From: Auanema rhodensis
Taxonomy: Eukaryota > Animalia > Nematoda
NCBI GenBank assembly: GCA_964057225.1
Contig: OZ059896.1
Coordinates: 4,960,001-5,024,000, forward strand
DNA: 64,000 nt
Reading direction: 5' to 3'
Under the pieces are notes generated by a model. The model saw nothing but the letters and a program-made list of their open reading frames with translations, was not told where the DNA came from and did not search any database. Positions 12,301-27,300 of this stretch are shown in pieces (within the stretch, counting starts at the first letter, position 1; each line of letters opens with the position of its first letter). The translations under genes were made by a program, and so were the position numbers.

Positions 12301-15300
12301 CTAATTTTGAAAACCGCATCTCTTTATCTTTCACGTGAAGCGAGTTACATACCAAGTGCACATCACGTGTACATTTAATTAGCATAAATTAAAGTTCACG
12401 TAAACTTCAAACTCATGGTTACCATACACCAATATCAATAAAAATTTGTTTTTAGAGTAATATGGACATGGAGAATCTATTTTTAAAAACCGCATCTCTT
12501 TATCTTTCACGTGAATCGAGTTACATACCAAGTGCACATCACGTGTACATTTAATTAGCATAAATTAAAGTTCACGTAAATTTCAAACTCATGGTTACCA
12601 TGCACCAATATCAATAAAAATTTGTTTTTAGACTAATATGGACATGGAGAATCTAATTTTGAAAACCGCATCTCTTTATCTTTCACGTGAAGCGAGTTAC
12701 ATACCAAGTGCACATCACGTGTACATTTAATTAGCATAAATTAAAGTTCACGTAAATTTCAAACTCATGGTTACCATGCACCAATATCAATACAATTTTG
12801 TTTTTAGACTAATATGGACATGGGGAATCTAATTTTGAAAACCGCATCTCTTTATCTTTCACGTGCGAGTTACATACCAAGTGCACATCACGTGTACATT
12901 TAATTAGCATAAATTAAAGTTCACTTAAATTTCAAAGTCATGGTTACCATGCACCAATATCAATAAAATTTTGTTTTTAGACTAATATGGACATGGGGAA
13001 TCTAATTTTGAAAACCGCATCTCTTTATCTTTCACGTGAAGCGAGTTACATACCAAGTGCACATCCCGTGTACATTTAATTAGCATAAATTAAAGTTCAC
13101 GTAAATTTCAAACTCATGGTTACCATGCACCAATATCAATACAAATTTGTTTTTAGACTAATATGGACATGGGGAATCTATATTTGAAAAACGCATCTCT
13201 TTATCTTTCACGTGAAGCGAGTTACATACCAAGTGCACATCACGTGTACATTTAATTAGCATAAATCAAAGTTCACGTAAATTTCAAAGTCATGGTTACC
13301 ATGCACCAATATCAATAAAATTTTGTTTTTAGACTAATATGGACATGGGGAATCTAATTATGAAAACCGCATCTCTTTATCTTTCACGTGAAGCGAGTTA
13401 CATACCAAGTGCACATCACGTGTACATTTAATTAGCATAAATTAAAGTTCACGTAAATTTCAAAGTCATGGTTACCATGCACCAATATCAATAAAATTTT
13501 GTTTTTAGACTAATATGGACATGGGGAATCTAATTTTGAAAACCGCATCTCTTTATTTTTCACGTGAAGCGAGTTACATACCAAGTGCACATCACGTGTA
13601 CATTTAATTAGCATAAATTAAAGTTCACGTAAATTTCAAACTCATGGTTACCATACACCAATATCAATAAAAATTTGTTTTTAGACTAATATGGACATGG
13701 AGAATCTAATTTTAAAAACCGCATCTCTTTATCTTTCACGTGAAGCGAGTTACATACCAAGTGCACATCACGTGTACATTTAATTAGCATAAATTAAAGT
13801 TCACGTAAATTTCAAAGTCATGGTTACCATGCACCAATATCAATAAAATTTTGTTTTTAGACTAATATGGACATGGGGAATCTAATTTTGAAAACCGCAT
13901 CTCTTTATCTTTCACGTGAAGCGAGTTACATACCAAGTGCACATCACGTGTACATTTAATTAGCATAAATTAAAGTTCACGTAAATTTCAAACTCATGGT
14001 TACCATGCACCAATATCAATAAAAATTTGTTTTTAGACTAATATGGACATGGAGAATCTAATTTTGAAAACCGCATCTCTTTATCTTTAACGTGAAGCGA
14101 GTTACATACCAAGTGCACATCACGTGTACATTTAATTAGCATAAATTAAAGTTCACGTAAATTTCAAACTCATGGTTACCATGCACCAATATCAATAAAA
14201 ATTTGTTTTTAGAGTAATATGGACATGGAGAATCTATTTTTAAAAACCGCATCTCTTTATCTTTCACGTGAAGCGAGTTACATACCAAGTGCACATCACG
14301 TGTACATTTAATTAGCATAAATTAAAGTTCACGTAAATTTCAAAGTCATGGTTACCATGCACCAATATCAATAAAATTTTGTTTTTAGACTAATATGGAC
14401 ATGGGGAATCTAATTTTCAAAACCGCATCTCTTTATCTTTCACGTGAAGCGAGTTACATACCAAGTGCACATCACGTGTACATTTAATTAGCATACATTA
14501 AAGTTCACTTAAATTTGAAAGTCATGGTTACCATGCAGCAATATCAATAAAAATTTGTTTTTAGACTAATATGGACATGGGGAATCTATATTTGAAAAAC
14601 GCATCTCTTTATCTTTCACGTGAAGCGAGTTACATACCAAGTGCACATCACGTGTACATTTAATTAGCATAAATTAAAGTTCACGTAAATTTCAAAGTCA
14701 TGGTTACCATGCACCAATATCAATAAAATTTTGTTTTTAGACTAATATGGACATGGGGAATCTAATTTTGAAAACCGCATCTCTTTATCTTTCACGTGAA
14801 GCGAGTTACATACCAAGTGCACATCACGTGTACATTTAATTAGCATAAATTAAAGTTCACGTAAATTTCAAACTCATGGTTACCATGCACCAATATCAAT
14901 AAAAATTTGTTTTTAGACTAATATGGACATGGAGAATCTAATTTTGAAAACCGCATCTCTTTATCTTTCACGTGAAGCGAGTTACATACCAAGTGCACAT
15001 CACGTGTACATTTAATTAGCATAAATTAAAGTTCACGTAAATTTCAAACTCATGGTTACCATGCACCAATATCAATAAAAATTTGTTTTTAGAGTAATAT
15101 GGACATGGAGAATCTATTTTTAAAAACCGCATCTCTTTATCTTTCACGTGAAGCGAGTTACATACCAAGTGCACATCACGTGTACATTTAATTAGCATAA
15201 ATTAAAGTTCACGTAAATTTCAAACTCATGGTTACCATGCACCAATATCAATAAAATTTTGTTTTTAGACTAATATGGACATGGGGAATCTAATTTTGAA

Positions 15301-18300
15301 AACCGCATCTCTTTATCTTTCACGTGAAGCGAGTTACATACCAAGTGCACATCCCGTGTACATTTAATTAGCATAAATTAAAGTTCACGTAAATTTCAAA
15401 CTCATGGTTACCATGCACCAATATCAATAAAAATTTGTTTTTAGACTAATATGGACATGGGGAATCTAATTTTGAAAACCGCATCTCTTTATCTTTCACG
15501 TGAAGCGAGTTACATACCAAGTGCACATCACGTGTACATTTAATTAGCATAAATTAAAGTTCACTTAAATTTCAAAGTCATGGTTACCATGCATCAATAT
15601 CAATAAAATTTTGTTTTTAGACTAATATGGACATGGGGAATCTAATTTTGAAAACCGCATCTCTTTATCTTTCACGTGAAGCGAGTTACATACCAAGTGC
15701 ACATCACGTGTACATTTAATTAGCATAAATTAAAGTTCACATAAATTTCAAACTCATGGTTACCATGCACCAATATCAATAAAAATTTGTTTTTAGACTA
15801 ATATGGACATGGGGAATCTAATTTTGAAAAACGCATCTCTTTATCTTTCACGTGAAGCGAGTTACATACCAAGTGCACATCACGTGCACATTTAATTAGC
15901 ATAAATTAAAGTTCACGTAAATTTCAAAGTCATGGTTACCATGCACCAATATCAATAAAATTTTGTTTTTAGACTAATATGGACATGGGGAATCTAATTT
16001 TGAAAACCGCATCTCTTTATCTTTCACGTGAAGCGAGTTACATACCAAGTGCACATCACGTGTACATTTAATTAGCATAAATTAAAGTTCACGTAAATTT
16101 CAAACTCATGGTTACCATGAACCAATATCAATAAAAATTTGTTTTTAGACTAATATGGACATGGAGAATCTAATTATGAAAACCGCATCTCTTTATCTTT
16201 CACGTGAAGCGAGTTACATACCAAGTGCACATCACGTGTACATTTAATTAGCATAAATTAAAGTTCACGTAAATTTCAAAGTCATGGTTACCATGCACCA
16301 ATATCAATAAAATTTTGTTTTTAGACTAATATGGACATGGGGAATCTAATTTTGAAAACCGCATCTTTTTATTTTTCACGTGAAGCGAGTTACATACCAA
16401 GTGCACATCACGTGTACATTTAATTAGCATAAATTAAAGTTCACGTAAATTTCAAAGTCATGGTTACCATGCACCAATATCAATGAAATTTTGTTTTTAG
16501 ACTAATATGGACATGGGGAATCTAATTTTGAAAACCGCATCTCTTTATCTTTCACGTGAAGCGAGTTACATACCAAGTGCACATCACGTGTACATTTAAT
16601 TAGCATAAATTAAAGTTCACGTAAACTTCAAACTCATGGTTACCATACACCAATATCAATAAAAATTTGTTTTTAGAGTAATATGGACATGGAGAATCTA
16701 TTTTTAAAAACCGCATCTCTTTATCTTTCACGTGAATCGAGTTACATACCAAGTGCACATCACGTGTACATTTAATTAGCATAAATTAAAGTTCACGTAA
16801 ATTTCAAACTCATGGTTACCATGCACCAATATCAATAAAAATTTGTTTTTAGACTAATATGGACATGGAGAATCTAATTTTGAAAACCGCATCTCTTTAT
16901 CTTTCACGTGAAGCGAGTTACATACCAAGTGCACATCACGTGTACATTTAATTAGCATAAATTAAAGTTCACGTAAATTTCAAACTCATGGTTACCATGC
17001 ACCAATATCAATACAATTTTGTTTTTAGACTAATATGGACATGGGGAATCTAATTTTGAAAACCGCATCTCTTTATCTTTCACGTGCGAGTTACATACCA
17101 AGTGCACATCACGTGTACATTTAATTAGCATAAATTAAAGTTCACTTAAATTTCAAAGTCATGGTTACCATGCACCAATATCAATAAAAATTTGTTTTTA
17201 GACTAATATGGACATGGGGAATCTAATTTTCAAAACCGCATCTCTTTATCTTTCACGTGAAGCGAGTTACATACCAAGTGCACATCACGTGTACATTTAA
17301 TTAGCATAAATTAAAGTTCACTTAAATTTGAAAGTCATGGTTACCATGCAGCAATATCAATAAAATTTTGTTTTTAGACTAATATGGACATGGGGAATCT
17401 AATTTTGAAAACCGCATCTCTTTATCTTTCACGTGAAGCGAGTTACATACCAAGTGCACATCCCGTGTACATTTAATTAGCATAAATTAAAGTTCACGTA
17501 AATTTCAAACTCATGGTTACCATGCACCAATATCAATAAAAATTTGTTTTTAGACTAATATGGACATGGGGAATCTATATTTGAAAAACGCATCTCTTTA
17601 TCTTTCACGTGAAGCGAGTTACATACCAAGTGCACATCACGTGTACATTTAATTAGCATAAATCAAAGTTCACGTAAATTTCAAAGTCATGGTTACCATG
17701 CACCAATATCAATAAAATTTTGTTTTTAGACTAATATGGACATGGGGAATCTAATTATGAAAACCGCATCTCTTTATCTTTCACGTGAAGCGAGTTACAT
17801 ACCAAGTGCACATCACGTGTACATTTAATTAGCATAAATTAAAGTTCACGTAAATTTCAAAGTCATGGTTACCATGCACCAATATCAATAAAATTTTGTT
17901 TTTAGACTAATATGGACATGGGGAATCTAATTTTGAAAACCGCATCTCTTTATTTTTCACGTGAAGCGAGTTACATACCAAGTGCACATCACGTGTACAT
18001 TTAATTAGCATAAATTAAAGTTCACGTAAATTTCAAACTCATGGTTACCATACACCAATATCAATAAAAATTTGTTTTTAGACTAATATGGACATGGAGA
18101 ATCTAATTTTAAAAACCGCATCTCTTTATCTTTCACGTGAAGCGAGTTACATACCAAGTGCACATCACGTGTACATTTAATTAGCATAAATTAAAGTTCA
18201 CGTAAATTTCAAAGTCATGGTTACCATGCACCAATATCAATAAAATTTTGTTTTTAGACTAATATGGACATGGGGAATCTAATTTTGAAAACCGCATCTC

Positions 18301-21300
18301 TTTATCTTTCACGTGAAGCGAGTTACATACCAAGTGCACATCACGTGTACATTTAATTAGCATAAATTAAAGTTCACGTAAATTTCAAACTCATGGTTAC
18401 CATGCACCAATATCAATAAAAATTTGTTTTTAGACTAATATGGACATGGAGAATCTAATTTTGAAAACCGCATCTCTTTATCTTTCACGTGAAGCGAGTT
18501 ACATACCAAGTGCACATCACGTGTACATTTAATTAGCATAAATTAAAGTTCACGTAAATTTCAAACTCATGGTTACCATGCACCAATATCAATAAAAATT
18601 TGTTTTTAGAGTAATATGGACATGGAGAATCTATTTTTAAAAACCGCATCTCTTTATCTTTCACGTGAAGCGAGTTACATACCAAGTGCACATCACGTGT
18701 ACATTTAATTAGCATAAATTAAAGTTCACGTAAATTTCAAAGTCATGGTTACCATGCACCAATATCAATAAAATTTTGTTTTTAGACTAATATGGACATG
18801 GGGAATCTAATTTTCAAAACCGCATCTCTTTATCTTTCACGTGAAGCGAGTTACATACCAAGTGCACATCACGTGTACATTTAATTAGCATACATTAAAG
18901 TTCACTTAAATTTGAAAGTCATGGTTACCATGCAGCAATATCAATAAAAATTTGTTTTTAGACTAATATGGACATGGGGAATCTATATTTGAAAAACGCA
19001 TCTCTTTATCTTTCACGTGAAGCGAGTTACATACCAAGTGCACATCACGTGTACATTTAATTAGCATAAATTAAAGTTCACGTAAATTTCAAAGTCATGG
19101 TTACCATGCACCAATATCAATAAAATTTTGTTTTTAGACTAATATGGACATGGGGAATCTAATTTTGAAAACCGCATCTCTTTATCTTTCACGTGAAGCG
19201 AGTTACATACCAAGTGCACATCACGTGTACATTTAATTAGCATAAATTAAAGTTCACGTAAATTTCAAACTCATGGTTACCATGCACCAATATCAATAAA
19301 AATTTGTTTTTAGACTAATATGGACATGGAGAATCTAATTTTGAAAACCGCATCTCTTTATCTTTCACGTGAAGCGAGTTACATACCAAGTGCACATCAC
19401 GTGTACATTTAATTAGCATAAATTAAAGTTCACGTAAATTTCAAACTCATGGTTACCATGCACCAATATCAATAAAAATTTGTTTTTAGAGTAATATGGA
19501 CATGGAGAATCTATTTTTAAAAACCGCATCTCTTTATCTTTCACGTGAAGCGAGTTACATACCAAGTGCACATCACGTGTACATTTAATTAGCATAAATT
19601 AAAGTTCACGTAAATTTCAAACTCATGGTTACCATGCACCAATATCAATAAAATTTTGTTTTTAGACTAATATGGACATGGGGAATCTAATTTTGAAAAC
19701 CGCATCTCTTTATCTTTCACGTGAAGCGAGTTACATACCAAGTGCACATCCCGTGTACATTTAATTAGCATAAATTAAAGTTCACGTAAATTTCAAACTC
19801 ATGGTTACCATGCACCAATATCAATAAAAATTTGTTTTTAGACTAATATGGACATGGGGAATCTAATTTTGAAAACCGCATCTCTTTATCTTTCACGTGA
19901 AGCGAGTTACATACCAAGTGCACATCACGTGTACATTTAATTAGCATAAATTAAAGTTCACTTAAATTTCAAAGTCATGGTTACCATGCATCAATATCAA
20001 TAAAATTTTGTTTTTAGACTAATATGGACATGGGGAATCTAATTTTGAAAACCGCATCTCTTTATCTTTCACGTGAAGCGAGTTACATACCAAGTGCACA
20101 TCACGTGTACATTTAATTAGCATAAATTAAAGTTCACATAAATTTCAAACTCATGGTTACCATGCACCAATATCAATAAAAATTTGTTTTTAGAGTAATA
20201 TGGACATGGAGAATCTATTTTTAAAAACCGCATCTCTTTATCTTTCACGTGAAGCGAGTTACATACCAAGTGCACATCACGTGTACATTTAATTAGCATA
20301 AATTAAAGTTCACTTAAATTTCAAAGTCATGGTTACCATGCATCAATATCAATAAAATTTTGTTTTTAGACTAATATGGACATGGGGAATCTAATTTTGA
20401 AAACCGCATCTCTTTATCTTTCACGTGAAGCGAGTTACATACCAAGTGCACATCACGTGTACATTTAATTAGCATAAATTAAAGTTCACATAAATTTCAA
20501 ACTCATGGTTACCATGCACCAATATCAATAAAAATTTGTTTTTAGACTAATATGGACATGGGGAATCTAATTTTGAAAAACGCATCTCTTTATCTTTCAC
20601 GTGAAGCGAGTTACATACCAAGTGCACATCACGTGTACATTTAATTAGCATAAATTAAAGTTCACGTAAATTTCAAAGTCATGGTTACCATGCACCAATA
20701 TCAATAAAATTTTGTTTTTAGACTAATATGGACATGGGGAATCTAATTTTGAAAACCGCATCTCTTTATCTTTCACGTGAAGCGAGTTACATACCAAGTG
20801 CACATCACGTGTACATTTAATTAGCATAAATTAAAGTTCACGTAAATTTCAAACTCATGGTTACCATGAACCAATATCAATAAAAATTTGTTTTTAGACT
20901 AATATGGACATGGAGAATCTAATTATGAAAACCGCATCTCTTTATCTTTCACGTGAAGCGAGTTACATACCAAGTGCACATCACGTGTACATTTAATTAG
21001 CATAAATTAAAGTTCACGTAAATGTCAAAGTCATGGTTACCATGCACCAATATCAATAAAATTTTGTTTTTAGACTAATATGGACATGGGGAATCTAATT
21101 TTGAAAACCGCATCTCTTTATTTTTCACGTGAAGCGAGTTACATACCAAGTGCACATCACGTGTACATTTAATTAGCATAAATTAAAGTTCACGTAAATT
21201 TCAAAGTCATGGTTACCATGCACCAATATCAATGAAATTTTGTTTTTAGACTAATATGGACATGGGGAATCTAATTTTGAAAACCGCATCTCTTTATCTT

Positions 21301-24300
21301 TCACGTGAAGCGAGTTACATACCAAGTGCACATCACGTGTACATTTAATTAGCATAAATTAAAGTTCACGTAAACTTCAAACTCATGGTTACCATACACC
21401 AATATCAATAAAAATTTGTTTTTAGAGTAATATGGACATGGAGAATCTATTTTTAAAAACCGCATCTCTTTATCTTTCACGTGAATCGAGTTACATACCA
21501 AGTGCACATCACGTGTACATTTAATTAGCATAAATTAAAGTTCACGTAAATTTCAAACTCATGGTTACCATGCACCAATATCAATAAAAATTTGTTTTTA
21601 GACTAATATGGACATGGAGAATCTAATTTTGAAAACCGCATCTCTTTATCTTTCACGTGAAGCGAGTTACATACCAAGTGCACATCACGTGTACATTTAA
21701 TTAGCATAAATTAAAGTTCACGTAAATTTCAAACTCATGGTTACCATGCACCAATATCAATACAATTTTGTTTTTAGACTAATATGGACATGGGGAATCT
21801 AATTTTGAAAACCGCATCTCTTTATCTTTCACGTGCGAGTTACATACCAAGTGCACATCACGTGTACATTTAATTAGCATAAATTAAAGTTCACTTAAAT
21901 TTCAAAGTCATGGTTACCATGCACCAATATCAATAAAAATTTGTTTTTAGACTAATATGGACATGGGGAATCTAATTTTCAAAACCGCATCTCTTTATCT
22001 TTCACGTGAAGCGAGTTACATACCAAGTGCACATCACGTGTACATTTAATTAGCATAAATTAAAGTTCACTTAAATTTGAAAGTCATGGTTACCATGCAG
22101 CAATATCAATAAAATTTTGTTTTTAGACTAATATGGACATGGGGAATCTAATTTTGAAAACCGCATCTCTTTATCTTTCACGTGAAGCGAGTTACATACC
22201 AAGTGCACATCCCGTGTACATTTAATTAGCATAAATTAAAGTTCACGTAAATTTCAAACTCATGGTTACCATGCACCAATATCAATAAAAATTTGTTTTT
22301 AGACTAATATGGACATGGGGAATCTATATTTGAAAAACGCATCTCTTTATCTTTCACGTGAAGCGAGTTACATACCAAGTGCACATCACGTGTACATTTA
22401 ATTAGCATAAATCAAAGTTCACGTAAATTTCAAAGTCATGGTTACCATGCACCAATATCAATAAAATTTTGTTTTTAGACTAATATGGACATGGGGAATC
22501 TAATTATGAAAACCGCATCTCTTTATCTTTCACGTGAAGCGAGTTACATACCAAGTGCACATCACGTGTACATTTAATTAGCATAAATTAAAGTTCACGT
22601 AAATTTCAAACTCATGGTTACCATGCACCAATATCAATAAAAATTTGTTTTTAGAGTAATATGGACATGGAGAATCTATTTTTAAAAACCGCATCTCTTT
22701 ATCTTTCACGTGAAGCGAGTTACATACCAAGTGCACATCACGTGTACATTTAATTAGCATAAATTAAAGTTCACGTAAATTTCAAACTCATGGTTACCAT
22801 GCACCAATATCAATAAAATTTTGTTTTTAGACTAATATGGACATGGGGAATCTAATTTTGAAAACCGCATCTCTTTATCTTTCACGTGAAGCGAGTTACA
22901 TACCAAGTGCACATCCCGTGTACATTTAATTAGCATAAATTAAAGTTCACGTAAATTTCAAACTCATGGTTACCATGCACCAATATCAATAAAAATTTGT
23001 TTTTAGACTAATATGGACATGGGGAATCTAATTTTGAAAACCGCATCTCTTTATCTTTCACGTGAAGCGAGTTACATACCAAGTGCACATCACGTGTACA
23101 TTTAATTAGCATAAATTAAAGTTCACTTAAATTTCAAAGTCATGGTTACCATGCATCAATATCAATAAAATTTTGTTTTTAGACTAATATGGACATGGGG
23201 AATCTAATTTTGAAAACCGCATCTCTTTATCTTTCACGTGAAGCGAGTTACATACCAAGTGCACATCACGTGTACATTTAATTAGCATAAATTAAAGTTC
23301 ACATAAATTTCAAACTCATGGTTACCATGCACCAATATCAATAAAAATTTGTTTTTAGAGTAATATGGACATGGAGAATCTATTTTTAAAAACCGCATCT
23401 CTTTATCTTTCACGTGAAGCGAGTTACATACCAAGTGCACATCACGTGTACATTTAATTAGCATAAATTAAAGTTCACTTAAATTTCAAAGTCATGGTTA
23501 CCATGCATCAATATCAATAAAATTTTGTTTTTAGACTAATATGGACATGGGGAATCTAATTTTGAAAACCGCATCTCTTTATCTTTCACGTGAAGCGAGT
23601 TACATACCAAGTGCACATCACGTGTACATTTAATTAGCATAAATTAAAGTTCACATAAATTTCAAACTCATGGTTACCATGCACCAATATCAATAAAAAT
23701 TTGTTTTTAGACTAATATGGACATGGGGAATCTAATTTTGAAAAACGCATCTCTTTATCTTTCACGTGAAGCGAGTTACATACCAAGTGCACATCACGTG
23801 TACATTTAATTAGCATAAATTAAAGTTCACGTAAATTTCAAAGTCATGGTTACCATGCACCAATATCAATAAAATTTTGTTTTTAGACTAATATGGACAT
23901 GGGGAATCTAATTTTGAAAACCGCATCTCTTTATCTTTCACGTGAAGCGAGTTACATACCAAGTGCACATCACGTGTACATTTAATTAGCATAAATTAAA
24001 GTTCACGTAAATTTCAAACTCATGGTTACCATGAACCAATATCAATAAAAATTTGTTTTTAGACTAATATGGACATGGAGAATCTAATTATGAAAACCGC
24101 ATCTCTTTATCTTTCACGTGAAGCGAGTTACATACCAAGTGCACATCACGTGTACATTTAATTAGCATAAATTAAAGTTCACGTAAATTTCAAAGTCATG
24201 GTTACCATGCACCAATATCAATAAAATTTTGTTTTTAGACTAATATGGACATGGGGAATCTAATTTTGAAAACCGCATCTCTTTATTTTTCACGTGAAGC

Positions 24301-27300
24301 GAGTTACATACCAAGTGCACATCACGTGTACATTTAATTAGCATAAATTAAAGTTCACGTAAATTTCAAAGTCATGGTTACCATGCACCAATATCAATGA
24401 AATTTTGTTTTTAGACTAATATGGACATGGGGAATCTAATTTTGAAAACCGCATCTCTTTATCTTTCACGTGAAGCGAGTTACATACCAAGTGCACATCA
24501 CGTGTACATTTAATTAGCATAAATTAAAGTTCACGTAAACTTCAAACTCATGGTTACCATACACCAATATCAATAAAAATTTGTTTTTAGAGTAATATGG
24601 ACATGGAGAATCTATTTTTAAAAACCGCATCTCTTTATCTTTCACGTGAATCGAGTTACATACCAAGTGCACATCACGTGTACATTTAATTAGCATAAAT
24701 TAAAGTTCACGTAAATTTCAAACTCATGGTTACCATGCACCAATATCAATAAAAATTTGTTTTTAGACTAATATGGACATGGAGAATCTAATTTTGAAAA
24801 CCGCATCTCTTTATCTTTCACGTGAAGCGAGTTACATACCAAGTGCACATCACGTGTACATTTAATTAGCATAAATTAAAGTTCACGTAAATTTCAAACT
24901 CATGGTTACCATGCACCAATATCAATACAATTTTGTTTTTAGACTAATATGGACATGGGGAATCTAATTTTGAAAACCGCATCTCTTTATCTTTCACGTG
25001 CGAGTTACATACCAAGTGCACATCACGTGTACATTTAATTAGCATAAATTAAAGTTCACTTAAATTTCAAAGTCATGGTTACCATGCACCAATATCAATA
25101 AAAATTTGTTTTTAGACTAATATGGACATGGGGAATCTAATTTTCAAAACCGCATCTCTTTATCTTTCACGTGAAGCGAGTTACATACCAAGTGCACATC
25201 ACGTGTACATTTAATTAGCATAAATTAAAGTTCACTTAAATTTGAAAGTCATGGTTACCATGCAGCAATATCAATAAAATTTTGTTTTTAGACTAATATG
25301 GACATGGGGAATCTAATTTTGAAAACCGCATCTCTTTATCTTTCACGTGAAGCGAGTTACATACCAAGTGCACATCCCGTGTACATTTAATTAGCATAAA
25401 TTAAAGTTCACGTAAATTTCAAACTCATGGTTACCATGCACCAATATCAATAAAAATTTGTTTTTAGACTAATATGGACATGGGGAATCTATATTTGAAA
25501 AACGCATCTCTTTATCTTTCACGTGAAGCGAGTTACATACCAAGTGCACATCACGTGTACATTTAATTAGCATAAATCAAAGTTCACGTAAATTTCAAAG
25601 TCATGGTTACCATGCACCAATATCAATAAAATTTTGTTTTTAGACTAATATGGACATGGGGAATCTAATTATGAAAACCGCATCTCTTTATCTTTCACGT
25701 GAAGCGAGTTACATACCAAGTGCACATCACGTGTACATTTAATTAGCATAAATTAAAGTTCACGTAAATTTCAAAGTCATGGTTACCATGCACCAATATC
25801 AATAAAATTTTGTTTTTAGACTAATATGGACATGGGGAATCTAATTTTGAAAACCGCATCTCTTTATTTTTCACGTGAAGCGAGTTACATACCAAGTGCA
25901 CATCACGTGTACATTTAATTAGCATAAATTAAAGTTCACGTAAATTTCAAACTCATGGTTACCATACACCAATATCAATAAAAATTTGTTTTTAGACTAA
26001 TATGGACATGGAGAATCTAATTTTAAAAACCGCATCTCTTTATCTTTCACGTGAAGCGAGTTACATACCAAGTGCACATCACGTGTACATTTAATTAGCA
26101 TAAATTAAAGTTCACGTAAATTTCAAAGTCATGGTTACCATGCACCAATATCAATAAAATTTTGTTTTTAGACTAATATGGACATGGGGAATCTAATTTT
26201 GAAAACCGCATCTCTTTATCTTTCACGTGAAGCGAGTTACATACCAAGTGCACATCACGTGTACATTTAATTAGCATAAATTAAAGTTCACGTAAATTTC
26301 AAACTCATGGTTACCATGCACCAATATCAATAAAAATTTGTTTTTAGACTAATATGGACATGGAGAATCTAATTTTGAAAACCGCATCTCTTTATCTTTC
26401 ACGTGAAGCGAGTTACATACCAAGTGCACATCACGTGTACATTTAATTAGCATAAATTAAAGTTCACGTAAATTTCAAACTCATGGTTACCATGCACCAA
26501 TATCAATAAAAATTTGTTTTTAGAGTAATATGGACATGGAGAATCTATTTTTAAAAACCGCATCTCTTTATCTTTCACGTGAAGCGAGTTACATACCAAG
26601 TGCACATCACGTGTACATTTAATTAGCATAAATTAAAGTTCACGTAAATTTCAAAGTCATGGTTACCATGCACCAATATCAATAAAAATTTGTTTTTAGA
26701 CTAATATGGACATGGGGAATCTAATTTTCAAAACCGCATCTCTTTATCTTTCACGTGAAGCGAGTTACATACCAAGTGCACATCACGTGTACATTTAATT
26801 AGCATACATTAAAGTTCACTTAAATTTGAAAGTCATGGTTACCATGCACCAATATCAATAAAATTTTGTTTTTAGACTAATATGGACATGGGGAATCTAA
26901 TTTTCAAAACCGCATCTCTTTATCTTTCACGTGAAGCGAGTTACATACCAAGTGCACATCACGTGTACATTTAATTAGCATAAATTAAAGTTCACGTAAA
27001 TTTCAAACTCATGGTTACCATGCACCAATATCAATAAAAATTTGTTTTTAGACTAATATGGACATGGAGAATCTAATTTTGAAAACCGCATCTCTTTATC
27101 TTTCACGTGAAGCGAGTTACATACCAAGTGCACATCACGTGTACATTTAATTAGCATAAATTAAAGTTCACGTAAATTTCAAACTCATGGTTACCATGCA
27201 CCAATATCAATAAAAATTTGTTTTTAGAGTAATATGGACATGGAGAATCTATTTTTAAAAACCGCATCTCTTTATCTTTCACGTGAAGCGAGTTACATAC

